Positions 12,443 to 26,219 of a DNA stretch of 64,000 nucleotides are shown in pieces. This DNA comes from Lama guanicoe. Taxonomy: Eukaryota. The stretch is taken from positions 1,091,168 to 1,155,167 of the forward strand of contig MU053482.1 of NCBI GenBank assembly GCA_013239625.1, written 5' to 3'. The notes under the pieces are model-generated. The model saw only the letters and a list, made by a program, of their open reading frames with translations, was not told the DNA's origin and made no database searches. Each line of letters starts with the position of its first letter. Position 1 is the first letter of the stretch. Both the position numbers and the translations under genes were made by a program.

Positions 12443-14796
12443 TTGACTAAGCCTTTTTATCACAAAGGTCAGAAAAGGCCAGAAAGGTGATGAAGATCAT
12501 TCATTTTATCAAATACTATGATCTTGTGGGGTTTTTCTCACTTTAATCTGCTATTTTGGTCAATAACATTGATTATTTTTAAAAAATTTTAGCCAATCTT
12601 ATATTCTTAGTATGGTCCAGACTGGCCTTAGTATATCGCCTGCTTTATGCATTGCTGATACTTTACATCTGTGCTCATGCGTGATACACGTAATTCACCT
12701 TCTTAGATGGCCGTTATCTGGGTTGGAATCAAGGTAATTTTTGATTTATAAAATTAGTCGGGAGAATTATTTTGGATGCCTTCCATTTGTTCCTACTCCA
12801 TGCTCCTGGAGGCTTTGGGATTTTTGTTTTTCTTCAAACTGAAAAGAGCTCCCTTAGTCTCTGGTTTCTGATTCGTTTCACAAAATAAGGAAGGAGGGGA
12901 GAGTGAGGTTAGGATATTTATTCCCCAAGATGCTTTCCTTAGAGTATAGCCTGGCAGTAACCTTCACCTGAAAGCCATAGTCCCAAATATATCTTTATTT
13001 TGCTTCTGTTCTTAGAAGATCGTTTTTCTGGGTATAAAAATGGGAGGGCAGACATAAAACTCAGTTACTCTGATTTTGGCATTGTAAAGTTATCATTCCA
13101 TAGTTTTCTGACCTTCAGTTGCTTTAGAGAAGTCAACATTTAGTCTAATATTAATTCCGTTAATGTAATTTTTTCTTTCTTTCTTACTCCTCTCAAGATC
13201 TTGCTTTCCTGGTTAGTGTCCTGTAGTTCAACATGGCTAAGTGAGCGTTTCTTTTTTTATTTATTTATTGGGTTTCTTGAATCTGAGATTGTTTCCTTTC
13301 ATGAGTTCTGGAAAATTCTCAGCCATTTACTTCTTTCCATTTGTAGAGCATTATTTGCTGCATTTTCAGATTGGCCTAATATACTTGATAATCTTTTTTT
13401 AACATAATTTCAATTTTCTCTTTTTATTTCTTTTACCATTTTCTACATAGTTATTTTTATATTCTGTTGCTCATAATTCCAAAATTAATGCAAAGATTAT
13501 TAAGAATAATAATGCAGATTATTAGGAATAAATCTGATTCTTTTGTTTGGCATTTCCATTAACTCGTCATGCCCTGTTGTCTCTTGGGTTTAGCTATTTG
13601 TGATGATGAGCTCATCTAGCTTAGAGCTTTATCAGTAGAAACTTGGAAGCTTTGGGTTTAAAGTGCATTCCTTCAGAGATCATTTGTGGTTGCTTTTACC
13701 AGGTAACTAGGTGAACTACCAACATGGAATCACTTTAAACTAAATTTTGAGCTTGAGGGTTTTGGACGACAGCGGTAGGGTGAATATAGACTCCAGCTGT
13801 GTAAATACAGGCTTGTATTAATGGTTAGAAACTGGCTGGGTAGTTTTTGCTTTACCTAAATTAAGTCCAAGACAGGATGTATTTCCAATGTCTACTTTAA
13901 GGCAGAACTTCTGTTTTGTTTATCCTTTAAGGATGTAATCCTCAGTCTTTAAGACGCCAGCATTATTCTGGATTCTCCCACAGTCCTCGAAAACGCAGGC
14001 ACTAAGCTGCCAGAGATTCACATTTACCTCCTTTTGTGCTCCAACTGCACAGCTTACTTGCCTCTGCAGATTCACACTTTTTCATTGTTTCTGGCACTAA
14101 AAAATTCCATTTCTGTCCTATCAGCTCTACTCTGCGTTAAAAAGGATTTTGTAATCTAGTATTTTTACTTGGAGGAGTTTCTGTGAACATCCACCCTGTA
14201 TTGGAAACAGCGTGTGCCAAATTGCTCAAAGCCTGTTCAAAAAGAGCAGTTTTTACTTGTACTAACTAAATAATGATCTATGTGTATAGATAACTATCAG
14301 TTATTCACATAAATAATAATATACGTTAAATGCCTTGCAGTCAAATAGCCAGAAAGAGCCCTAAGAGGTGCTATAATCTAAAATCCTCATGTAACACATG
14401 CAGCTGAGGTGGCAGGCCATTCAGAGATTCAGCCAGGGTCACACAGCTGAACGGTGGCCAAATAGGACGTAGAAGAAAAGTTTTTCATAGCCGTTTCAGT
14501 CTGTTCATGAAAAGGTGTCTCAGAATTATCGTGTATGCTGGTTTACTTTCTTTCCCCTCTGTCCCTGGTTAGCTTTTACTAAGCTTTTAGATCCCAGGCT
14601 AAATGCCACTTCCTTGGAGAACTCTTACATGAACCCTGGCCTCGGATGGGTTTTTCTGGTTTATGCGCCTATGGTACTCTACTTCTATCCCTACTCGTCA
14701 TGTCTTTCTTGTCATATATCTAAGACTTTGAAAATGCAAGTTTATTTATTCTTATGTTATTGTTATTACATGAATGATGTGTATGTTTTATTTAAA

Positions 14797-14950
14797 TTTT
14801 TTCTAATTGAAATATAATTGACAAACGACATCTCAGTTTCAGGTACACAACATCATGATTCAATATTTGTATATATGTCAAAATGATCAGCAGAATAGGT
14901 CTAGTTGATATCCGTCACCATACATAGTCACAAATTTTTTTTTCTTGTTA
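14797..14950 (-). mobile_element. L1 3' terminal fragment
   Basis: aattgaaatataattgaca...gtttcaggtacacaacatcatgattc, an antisense L1 3'UTR. Confidence 0.7.
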
Positions 14951-15743
14951 CTGTACTTTCTTTTATGTATTTGTTGAATTTTCTTTCTTTTCTGTTAGAC
15001 AGTTCTGTGAGTGCAAAGACTTTACCAGTTTGTTCACTACTGTGTGCCTACCCTGTAGAATTGTGTCTAGAAGTGATAATGAATAAGCCCTTGCTGAATG
15101 AAATGAAGTTCCTCACTAGGAACTAATTTGGCGAGGCTCTGGGCGCTGGATTGGTCAGGAGATGTTATATGGAGCTGAATCCATTGACTAATTTTTTTTA
15201 TTGCTGTTGTATTTTATTTCTCTAAGGAGATTGTAAGTTTTATAAATGTTAGCAGTCAAATAAAAATTAATCCTCACACCTTCCTGAGAAGGAATAAAAA
15301 GTCATTTATTGAGTGTAAAAACGGTAGTTTAATTAAACCACTCAGCTGTTGAAGCCAGATCAGTCAGTAATAGTATAGTGTATTTTTTGTGGGAAAGACA
15401 CTCTTTTAATCTTATGAATTTTAAACCTTACATTTCCACCAAAATTGAACTTTGTGAATGGTTGCAAAATCCAATATATTGCAGTGGCTGATTTAGGAAT
15501 TTCCCTGTTCTGTCTGCCGGGACCCTGGGACCACTTCTAGACCTGATAACTCTGGATCCCTAGAACCACTCAGGGGAAGGAAAAAGTATTCAGGGAAGCC
15601 CAGGATGCTTGCTCCTCACAGTTGAATGCAAATGTGTCAGGCATTCTCTGGGACTGAGGAAGTTTGTTAATTTAATCCTGTTTCATTCCGTTACACCATG
15701 AGGCCTGAGTTGTTATCATATGATTCTATGGCTTTGTCACATT

Positions 15744-15963
15744 CAGCAGTGTCCTGGTAGATATGTTAACAACTGACTGGGAGTGGAGGATAAGAAGGGG
15801 ACCTGATTTGTAGCATTTGCGTGTTTCTGTGGTGTAAATACTCCCAGCAGGGCTGATTTCAAGCTACCAATGTGACATCACTTAAGCTGGAGTTGGTGAA
15901 AGATGCTTACATTGGCTCTGGCAAACTGGTGCCAGCTAATAGGAGCCTCCTCCAGTACCACTA
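15744..15963. mobile_element. hAT DNA transposon MITE (MER63A-like)
   Basis: Degenerate terminal inverted repeats (cagcagtgtcctgg ... ccagtaccacta) and the internal motif gtggtgtaaatactccca...gatttcaagctaccaa. Confidence 0.7.
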
Positions 15964-16400
15964 CATGCAGTGCTGAAAGAACTGGGGCTGCATGGCTAAC
16001 TGATCCTAAGGGACCAACAATTTGAAAAACCCCACAGAAAAGCACTGGTTTCCAGGTGACAACAGAGAAGCCAGTTTTCTTTTATAATGTGGATGTGGGT
16101 GGAGTTCGGCCATCACTGGGATCTAATAAGCTGTGTCTTCATGAGTGCCCACTGAATCCCACCCTACCATTTTTCTTATTCATGATCCCTCAGACATGGT
16201 ATCCTCTCAACATCTAGATTATTCAGGAGTGAAAAGCAGTATTGCTGCAGAACAGAAATCTGACGGAAGGGATTAATAAAGCTACAGGTCTCTGACAAAT
16301 TGGCTTTGATAGCTTTTATCATAGTATAGGTGCCAGAACAAAGCATTTGCTTTTTTTAATGAAATATATGACACATACAAAAGTATATATAATGTGTATG

Positions 16401-17235
16401 TGTTACCAAACCAAAGTTGCATCCACTTGCCTGACGTGCAGTGAAGCCAATCTACTGACACCGGGTTGTGGTGAAGGAAAGTACAGCGTTTATTGCAAGG
16501 CACCCACCAACATGTGGGGCCAACCAAGGAGAACTGGCAGCTCAAAAAGTCAGAAATCCCTTATGGCTTTTAGGGAAGTGTTTTTATTTTTTTTAATACT
16601 TTATTTATTATTGTATTATTTTATTATTTTCTTGGTGGGAAGGTAAGTAGGTTTATTTATTTTTAATAGAGGTACTGGGGATTGAACCCAAGACCTTGTG
16701 TGTGCTAAGCATGTGCTTTACCACTTGAGCTGTACCCTCCCCTAATAGGGGAAGTGTTTTTAAAGGCAGCATTAAGAATGATGGCTGTAGGGTATCTGAT
16801 CAGCTCATGAACATTCTTCTGATTGGTTGGTGGTAGGGTATCAGGGTGGTGTTTCAGGAATTAACATCATCAACCTTCTGTTTCCAACCTGTCTGGGGTC
16901 TGTGTACTTGTGGTCATCATACAGATAACTTCTTTTACCTGGCGGGGGTTTTAGTATCTGTAAAAAAACACTCAAAGATATGGCTTATCATATTATCTAT
17001 AGCCCTTAAGAAGGAACTGAAGTCCTTGACTTTGTTTTATGGCCAAAGTATTATTTTCTCTTGTTTGACTGTTTTTCTCTGTTTCTCCGTTTTCTCATGT
17101 CTCTGATTAAATTCACTCTTTGAAACTCAGGAAAGACCTAGAAGGCTGAAGCTTTTCTACAAGCAAGAGGCAGGGGACATGGTGGGGTGGGGAGTCTATC
17201 CCTAGGGAGATACCACAGGGTCCTTTCTGATTTCA
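16401..17235 (-). mobile_element. ERV1-class solo LTR interrupted by a SINE
   Basis: TG...CA termini, 4-bp TSD tatg (16397-16400 and 17236-17239), minus-strand AATAAA near 16488-16493. Confidence 0.85.
16587..16748 (-). mobile_element. vic-1-like SINE inside the LTR
   Basis: SINE body at about 16632-16742 plus A-rich tail. 14-bp TSD gggaagtgttttta at 16573-16586 and 16749-16762. Confidence 0.9.
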
Positions 17236-17239
17236 TATG

Positions 17240-20200
17240 TATGATTTTAAAAAATAATAAAACACATATCAGTCAATCCAGAACTTAGCTGAAGAAAGAG
17301 AATGTTATCATTCTCTTCAAAGCTCCATGTGACCCTCCTCTGTCTCTAAACTCCCTCCTCCACATAATCAATATATTGAATTTCATATCTATAATTCCTT
17401 TGCTTTTAAATCATCTTGCCACATAAGCATAGGTTATTCAGTTTTGCCTACTTGTGAAATTTATGTGAAGAAATTATGTTTTATGTTTTCAGCAAACTGT
17501 TATGTTCAGTATTATGTGTATTGAATCCCTTATGTTTACCTACATACTGTAGTTCTTTTTGTGTGTGTGTGTGGCGGTGTGTTTTACCATTTCATTGTGT
17601 GCTGTACCATGATTTATCTAGTCTCTAGTCAATGGTTATTTGAATTAATTTAAGTTTTTTCCATTTTAGAAAATGCTGCTATATGTCTGCTGTTTGTATA
17701 TGTCTCCCGGTTATTATGTGCAAGAATTTCTCTAAGATATATGCCTTGGAATGGAGTTGCGAGATCAAAACACCTATATCTTAAGGTGGTCTGACCAGTT
17801 TACAATCCCAGCAACTGTACATGAGCCCATCATAGTCTGTGTCTCGCCAACACTTGGTATTGCTACGTACTCTAAGTCTAATAAGGTGCCCACAGATTCT
17901 TTTGGGTTTTGTACATTGATAGTTATACCATGCATGAATAAGTACAGTTCTGTTTTTCCCTTCTTCCCTTTTTGAGTCTTTTGACTTCTCCCCACATCCT
18001 CTTTGCTTGCTTTATTACATTTATCAGGACTGCCAGTACAAAGGCCATTAGAGTAATCCTTGGCTTGCTCCTGATCTTGAAAGGAATGCTTTGAATGTTC
18101 ACCAGTAAATAGGACATTGCCTGTAGACTTTTAAAACCTGAATGGGTATTGAATTTTTTCAGAAGATTTTTGTTTATCGAGATGATCATATCATTTTTTT
18201 AAATATTTTTATTGATTTATAATCATTTTACAATGTTGTGTCAGATCATATCATTTTGGTATGGGAAGAATATTAACAAAAGATCACCCTCTTGGCAAGT
18301 TTTAAGTATAAGACAGTGTTATTAGCTCTAGGCACAATGCTGTATAGTAGAGCGCCAGAAAGTATTCATCTTGTATAACTGAAACTTTAAATATCCATTT
18401 CAGGTTATAAATTGCCCTTGAAGTACTGCTTTAGCTGTATGTCAGCAAATTTTGATACTTATTTTTGTCATATCATTCTGATCTAAGTGTTTTCTTATAT
18501 CAAATATAATGTTTTCTTTGATCTATTTATTACTTAAAGTGTATTTTTAATTTTTATGTTATATATTTTTAAGATGTTATTTGCTCTAATTTAATTGGAA
18601 TGTGATCAGATAATATGAGCTATATTTTACAGGTTATTTAATATGTATTCAGAGTTGTATTATGTTCTCTTCCACTTCAGTTTTTATAAATGTGCTATAT
18701 GTGCTTGAAAAGATCTTGCATTACTGACAATCATATCTTGATTGATATTTTTGTCAGTATGAAATACAGTTATGGAGAAAACATGTTCAGAATCTACTAT
18801 GATAGTAGATTTTTAATTTTTTCTTGTAGTTATGTTAGCTTCATACATATAGTTATGATATTACCCCATTTTATATCTTTCTGGATATTTAAACCTTCTA
18901 CCATTATTTAGTGTCCATCTTGATGTGGAGAAATGGTTTTTGCCTCAGGAGTAATTTGTCTGGTATTTGTAGAATGATACAGTCTTCCTTTTAGTTGGTT
19001 TTGTCTTACGATTTTCCTTTGTTCTTTTACTTGAAACTTTCCTATATCCTTATATTTTAAGTATAAACACCATAAGCAAGGTATGACTGGATTTTTTTTA
19101 AAAATCCATTCTGTCAATTATTGACATTTAACAAGTAAGATTAATCTATTTAGGTCATTGTAATTATTGATGTTTTTGGATTATTTCTACCCTTTATATT
19201 GTGCTTACTTTAGTCCTGATATTTTTTCCTGTTTTGCCTCTTTTTGAGTTGAGTTTTTCTTCCCATTTCACTTTCTCCCTTTCACTAATATATAAGCTAT
19301 ACCCTCTATTTCTGTTTGTTTAGTAGTTTCCTAAAAGTTGTAACATGCATGGTTAGTTTAATAAAGTAAAAAGTTAATCAGTATATTAAACCTTCTCCAA
19401 AACTCTACATATATATATCTTGGAACCTTCGACTCCAGTCACGTCACTGCCATTTCAGATAACATGCTATTATTTGCCAGTATTTTACTTCTGTCTTGCC
19501 TTGCCTTTTGGCATCCCTCAATTACACATTATAATTAATGTTTTATATAGTTAATGATTGTTTAATTTGCCACGTATTTACCACTTTTCTTAGTTTATCA
19601 TTTCCTTAGGCTTTCTTTATAGATTATTTTTCACATTTAGTACATCCTTAAGAAATTCCTTCAGTAAAGAGTCTGTTGATGTTAATGCTCTCAGTTTTTA
19701 TTTGTCTGAAAACATCATTATTTCACATTACAATTTAAAAGATATGAGTATACAGGTCTTATATAGATAATTTTTATCAACAATTAGTCTGTTAGCTGCT
19801 TGCCCCTAAACTCTTGGTTTTGAGAAAACAGCTGCAGTATAATTATAAGATGCTTTTCTTTTCTCTATGTCATATTTAAGATTTCTCTCTTTGTTTGCAA
19901 CTTGGGGATGATATGAATGGTGTGGATTTTTTTTTTAAGTATTGTTTATCTTGCTTGAGATTCAAAAGATGCCCTGAGTCTGAGGATGAGTTATATTGAT
20001 TCTGAAAATCCCCAGCCACAATCTTTTTGAATCTGTCTTTTCCTGACACTTTTTAGCTTTTCCTCCTGGAAATCCCTTACTTTTAGACCTACTTATTCTA
20101 TCTTCCATGTTTGTTGTTTGTTTACTCTTTTTTTCTATTAATGATGCATCCCAGGTAATTTCTTTAGCTCTATCTTTCTGTTCAGTAACTCCTTCTTTAG

Positions 20201-20400
20201 CAGTTTCTAATTAGCTATTTAATGAGTCCATTGAGTTTCCCATTTATTAATGTAATTTTCTTAACTAGCAGCTTTATTTGATTCCCCAAACTTTAGTCAT
20301 TTGTTTAATCACTTGATCCTTTTCCAGACTTTTTTGATGTGTTTTCAATTTCTTTAACCTTGTTGATTTGCTTATATAATTTTTTAATCAGATAATCATG
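17240..20400 (-). mobile_element. Old L1M remnants
   Basis: Continuous AT-rich antisense L1-like sequence. Its 3' end (16350-16400) lies on the other side of the LTR. Boundaries approximate. Confidence 0.6.
18198..18243 (-). mobile_element. 46-bp extremely 5'-truncated L1
   Basis: tttttattgatttataatcattttacaatgttgtgtca resembles the L1 3' termini at ~36370 and ~40410. 14-bp TSD gatcatatcatttt at 18184-18197 and 18244-18257. Confidence 0.88.
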
Positions 20401-21379
20401 AAGTATATGATTCTAGACATCACTTCTGTGTTTGAGATGAAAGTAAAGTGTCAAGGAAAAATGTCAGTGTTTTCTACCTCTAAAACTCCTTTCCTAACAA
20501 TCACACTTAATGTCTTCAACGTATTCTGTTTCTTATTGGCTGAAGCTGTGACATCTAACTAGCCTCATATTCAAGGAAGGTATTGAAAGCATATTTTTCA
20601 ATTTTTCAACCTGTATGCTGGAATGTGGTCAGATGAAGGGGCTAGAAATGGATATTAAATTAGCTAGTCTACAGTGTCTGCCCCAGTGGCATAGAAGGAG
20701 ATGCTCAGGAATATAACTGAACTCTTTTATATTGTAATTATGGTGGCGGGTACCTGACTCTTCACATTGGTCAGAACTCATAGAACTGTAACAAAACAGT
20801 GAATTTTACTCTATGTTAATTAAATATAAATTAATATAAATTTAAAAATCACTTTTGAAGGGGAAAATAAAGACAATTAAAAAAATCTAATGAAAAGAAT
20901 CAGTAAAGGTAGAGTTTGAAGATATGAGCACAAAGGGTATGATAATCAATAGTGAAAGTTCCCTGAAAAGGTAGGAGACAAGATCTGAAATTCCAGTAGA
21001 TGGGTTGGCTATAGATAAACAAAGAGACATTTTCTTTGTTATGGGGATTAATGTGGGAGGAGTTGTGTGGGAGCAGATGCAGGTAAGGTTGTAGATTTGG
21101 AGATGTGTAGTTGAAGATAAAGCATAAAAACACATGTACCAAAGGGATGGCAAAGGGTTTTAATCCTGAGGACCAACTCTAATCAACTAGTGGTAGCTGA
21201 CTAGGGGGCTGAGTTAAGAAGGGTCAAGAAGGCAGAATCAAGGCTCAGCAAGTGAGAAGACTAAGATCCAGTAGCAATGTCTGCCATTAGTTTTGGACAA
21301 GCTACTTCCCTCTGTTATTCTAGCTAGTTCCCTCTAATTGCTCAGTCATATATTTGTTCTGAGCACACACTATTCTCTT

Positions 21380-21680
21380 ATCTGCAGTGACCTTTTCCCA
21401 CTCCTCTCCTCCCTGTTCAACTAAATGTTACTCATCTTCGAAGTCCTCCTACGCTTAATCATCACCTCATTAGGCAAACCCTCCTTAGATCCACCCAGAA
21501 CAGATTAGGTATCCCTTGTGTGTGTGCCTCTTCACACACACATCACGTTGAATTGTATCTGTGTATCCTTGCCTATCCCACTAGACTAGGTGCTCCTTCA
21601 GGGCAGTCTGTGACTCTGTCTTCAGCACTTAAGAGGCAATGCTAAATGCATTTTAAGTGAAAGGAAGGAAGGAAGGAAAT
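21380..21680 (+). mobile_element. L2 3' fragment
   Basis: cccactagactaggtgctccttcagggcag followed by a (gaag)n tail. Confidence 0.55.
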
Positions 21681-21694
21681 AGCTCCAATATAGT

Positions 21695-22115
21695 GTGTGT
21701 CTTAAGAAGGATTCTCTCAAAGCAGAGGCTGAGAAGATTCTTGTGCTGTGATTTGTTGAGGGACTTCTCTCAAGTGAAATCCTTAAGGAAGTAAGGAGAG
21801 AAAAAGATGGGGGTTCAGCTAAAGCCTGTCCTGAGCCTGATCCCACAAGGAGCCATAGTGCATGAAAGGCAGCGCCTAGAGACCCCACCCTGAGACAGTG
21901 GGGGCTGCCTTTTAACGCTGTGTTAGTTTGTCAGTGGCTGCTGGCCACCCCTGGGGAGAGGGTATAACTTGCCAGTCATTTGTAAGGTAGCTCCCATCAG
22001 TCAACAGAAGTCCTCCCAAGAAGGATGCAGCCTTGAGCTGTGGGCAGCCAACACTCAACAGCAGCTAAGGCGTAGGTACACCGGCCTGGTAAAGGGCGCC
22101 TAGGCGGGGTCTACT
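21695..22115 (-). mobile_element. Old MaLR LTR (MLT1I/J/K-like)
   Basis: agcagaggctgagaagattcttgtgctgtgatttgttgagg and related motifs. Confidence 0.55.
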
Positions 22116-23423
22116 GAAGTATGATAGAACAGAGCAATGGGAAGGGGATTTGGGGGACCCAGGAGAGACTCTGACTCACATGACCTCTGACATATAGGGA
22201 AGTGATGAAGGAGAGAAAGGACCCTCTGCCTCCCCGCCCCCCCCCCAGGCTCGGCATGGGTACCAAAGGCAGGTGTCCACGTAGCCAGCTGGGTGCTTCT
22301 GAGAGGCTGGCTTTGCAGCGAGCTAGGGTGGGTTCCACTTGGTCCCCCCCTTACACAGTCAGATATCTTGATGGATGAATACACTGGGACAACCCAGTTC
22401 AATGAAAAAAATAATCTGCAGACCTGGAGCATCTGAAGGAGAACTTCATAGAGTTGTCAAGGACGGCAATTTCATCTCTGAAGAAAGGTGAGACTGGTCA
22501 GGTAGAATGGCCCCCGGGGACCACTGTTAATGATCTTCTACCTGTGGAAGCATTATTGTCCCAAATAGTGAGCCAGTTTGCTGACAGAAAGCCTTGTCCC
22601 ATGGATTGGCATTTGCTTGCTTGGAAAATGAGTTTTGAGCCTTTGGAGAATCGAAGTAGTCCGTGGTATTTACAATCCAGCCTTACTGTCCAGTAGCTAA
22701 GTGGAGTCTAATTCTGACAGATGGCTCTCAAGGGAAATTTTCTTTCAGATTGGATTATGCTTCCAAGCTGAAATGCTCTAATTAAGGGGAGTCTATAAAC
22801 ATCGCAGGGAGGGAAAGGGAGGGGAAGGTAGGCTGTTTCTTAGGAAGCTGTTTTGGAAAATAGCCATGTTTGCAATCTTTATCCTCCCAACCCCACATGC
22901 ACAGCTACACTGAGAATCTAGGCCACCGCTTTGCTGAAAGCATGGTAATGTTGGATCAGTCGTCAATTTTCTGACCTTTCTTTCCTGAAGCGAGGGGCCC
23001 TGACTTAATTTCCTACAAGGTCCTGCCTCTCCAGTCTTGTCTCCATCTGGTTTCATCCTTTGATAACTTCCATGTTAACTAACTTTGGAACTGTTTGGGG
23101 GTATAGTTTCCAGAATAATTGTATCATTGAAATGAACATGACTGATCTTTTAAAAACCCTGATTGATCTCTCAATTTAGTGGTGCTAAACATCACTAACC
23201 GTTCTTTTAAAAGTCTAATACTTTGGTTTTAACATATTTAATACTGAGGATTCCACTCTCTTACCTCTCTTAATTCTTAGCAGTTTGAGACCTAAGTAGC
23301 TATAGGAAAAGTCTACTTGGCTGTCAGTTATAGGATGGATTTTGCATGAGCAGGGTGAGAAAAATCTAATCTGGAAGTCAAGGAGTGAGTTCTTGGTTAG
23401 GAAGTGAGTTCCAACTCTGTCTA

Positions 23424-24150
23424 TCATTTATTCCACAAATGACTTTGAATACCTACTATGTGCCAGGCAACATACTAGGAATTAAGTACATATGGTCCCT
23501 GCTCTCTTGGAGCTTGTAATCCTGGGAGATAGAAATGTGTAAAGAAGGGACAGATAGTAAACAAAAATTTGCACAGATAATGATTTACATGTGTTGTTGA
23601 TGCTATGAAGGAGACATAGGTGAGTGCTGCTTTCAAGACCTAACCTTAAAAAAAAAAAACCAAAAACCTAACCTAGCTTGATGCCTCAGAGAAGGATGCT
23701 TGGAAAAGAGAAGATAACATTGAATCTGAAGCTAAAGAAAGGTTAGGAGTTCACCCAGAGAAAGACAAAGTCCCAGCCAAAAGGAATTGGCATGTGCAAA
23801 AGCCCTGAGACAGACAGGAATAGTTTTGGCAAGTTCCAGGAGCAGAAAGCACAGAATGGTTAAAAAGGGGGAAACAAGATGGAACTCGGGCAGAAACAAG
23901 AATAAGTAGAGCCTTATAGGTAAGACTAAGTCTTTGGGTCCTGATTTTATGAGTAATTTTTGAAGGATTTTGAGCAGCGACACAAGTAGATTTATGTTCT
24001 TAAAAGATCACTCTGGCTGCAGTTCAGAGAATGGACAAGAGTGGACAGCAAGGAAAGTGTCAGGTTATTGTAGAAGGCCAGGAGGGAAGTGTTGATTTTT
24101 CTCACCAGAATGGTGATAATAAACAAGGAGGAAAGTAGCAGATTCCAGAG
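23424..24150 (-). mobile_element. L2 fragment
   Basis: tcatttattccacaaatg...cctactatgtgccaggca, and aaagatcactctggctgcag. Confidence 0.75.
23647..23665 (+). other. Solo poly(A) insertion with TSD
   Basis: acctaacct (23638-23646) + taaaaaaaaaaaaccaaaa + acctaacct (23666-23674). Confidence 0.55.
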
Positions 24151-24151
24151 T

Positions 24152-25699
24152 TCTTTTTTTTTCTTTTAAGTTTTATTGAGGAATAACTGGTATACAATAA
24201 ATCGCATATGTTTAAGGTATACAATTTGAAAGTACCTGACATATGTATACATTTGTGAAAAAGTCACCACAGTCAAAATAGTGACCATATTTATCACCCC
24301 CCAAAACTTGTCTTATGCTCCCTTTGGGTCCCCCTCCTCTCTCCTCTCCCTGCCATCCATCCTCCAAACCTCAGGGATCTGGATTCTGTCAGTGTAGATT
24401 AGTTGGGATTTTTCTAGAATTTTCTATACGTAAGAACCATACCATATGTTGTTTGTTATGTTTAGCTTTTTTCAATCAGAATAATTATTTTGAGATTCAT
24501 CCACGTTATTGTGTGTATTAATAGTTCAGTCCTTTTATGGCCAAGTACTATTCAGTTGCATATATATACCACTATTTGTTTATCTCTTGCTCATTTGGAT
24601 GATGATTAGTGGATTATTTGGGTTATTTTCAGTTTGAGACTATTACAGATAAAGCTCCTGTCAACATTCACATGCTTTGTACGGTAATATGCTTTCATTT
24701 TTCTCGCATAATTAATTAGTAGTAGACTGGATGGATCCTGTGGTAGGTGTATGTTTACCTTAAGAAACTGCCAAACGGTTGACCAAAATGGTTATACCGT
24801 TTTACATCCACATCAACAGTGATGAAAGTTCTTGTTGCTCTACATTCTCACCAGCACTTGGCAAGGTCTTTGATTTTAGACATTCTAAGAGGTGTAAAAT
24901 GGAACCTCATTGTAGTTTAATTTGCGTTTCCCTGATGACTTACGATATAGAGCATCTTTTCATGTGCTTGTCTACCATCTGTTTATGTTCTTTGTTGAAG
25001 TGTCTGTTCAAATCTTTTGTCCATTTTTAAATCAAGTTGCTTGCTTTCTTATTATTGAGTTGTGAGTGTTCTTTATATATTTTAGATGCCAATCTTTTAT
25101 GCAAATATATGATGTGAAAATATTTCTACCAAGCTATGGTGTGTAGTTCCATTCTCTTAACATTGTCTTTTGAAAGGAAGAATTTCTGAATTTTGCTCAA
25201 GTCCATTTTCATCAATTTAGTCCTTTCCAGAGTGTGCATTGAGTGGCATATCAAAGAAATCTTTGCCTCATTGAAATTTATACAGTGTGATTTTCTCCTA
25301 TTTTCTTTTAGAAGTTTTGTACTTTTAGCTCTTACATTTGTGAGTATTACCTGCTTTAATTTTAATACGTAGTGTGAGGTATGGATTGGAGTTTGGGGTG
25401 GGTTGTTTTTTTTTGTAAGGTATCCAGTTGTTCTAGTACCATTGTTGAAAAGACTATGTTTGTCTGTGTAGCAGCCTTTTGCACTTTTGAAGAAAATCAG
25501 TTGATCATATATATAGGTCTATTTCTGGACTCTGTACTTTTCCATTGCTCTATTCATTTGTCTTCACTCCAATACCATAGTGTCTTGATTTTAGCTTTAT
25601 AATAAGTCCTGAAAGCAGGTAATGTAAGTAGTTTTGGTTATTCTAGGTCCTTCATATTTCCACAGGAATTTTATAGCCAGGTTATCTGTTTACACACAA

Positions 25700-25731
<32 letters not shown>

Positions 25732-26190
25732 ACACACAGTTGGAATTTTGATTAGGGTTGCATTGACTGTAAGATCGATTTAGAAAGAATACACATCTGA
25801 AAAATACTGTCTTCCCAGTTACAATATATATCTCTCCTTTGAATACATCTTTTTATTTCAGTAACGTTTTGTAGTATAGATCTCTGTAGCTTTCTCAGTG
25901 TTCATCTTTCTCCTCTCTGGTACTCTGCCCTGTACTCTAGATGGAGTGGACTTTCCAGACTCCCAAGTCCATTTCCTCAAGTCAGGGTCCCACCTGGGCT
26001 CTGTCTTGAAAACTCTTTCCAGGTAGTGAGCTGGGGCAATCATAAGACACCTTGTTTGTTTCCTGTCATTCAGGTACCACTTACCTTCATTGCCTGATGT
26101 CCAGTGTCTTGTAAATCATTGTCTGATATGCTTTGTCCAGATTTTTAGTTGTTTAAGATATGAGGGTAAATTCATTTCCTAAATCTCTGT
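24152..26190 (-). mobile_element. L1MB-like element inserted into L2
   Basis: Antisense L1 3'UTR and ORF2 end (catctttt catgtgcttg, tctttatatattttagat). L2 sequence resumes at about 26220. Confidence 0.8.
25692..25738. repeat. (CA)n microsatellite, imperfect
   Basis: Direct reading. Confidence 0.95.
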
Positions 26191-26219
26191 TGTCAGAAAT
26201 GATTACTTTTTTGTGAGAC

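Larger units (their letters stand above)
9480..13560 (-). mobile_element. Old L1M element, fragmented and interrupted by younger insertions
   Basis: T-rich antisense L1 3'UTR/ORF2 motifs (ttgtttaagaaatcctttcctactctaggtcataaagatat, ttagaatcagattgtcaa). Boundaries approximate. Confidence 0.7.
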
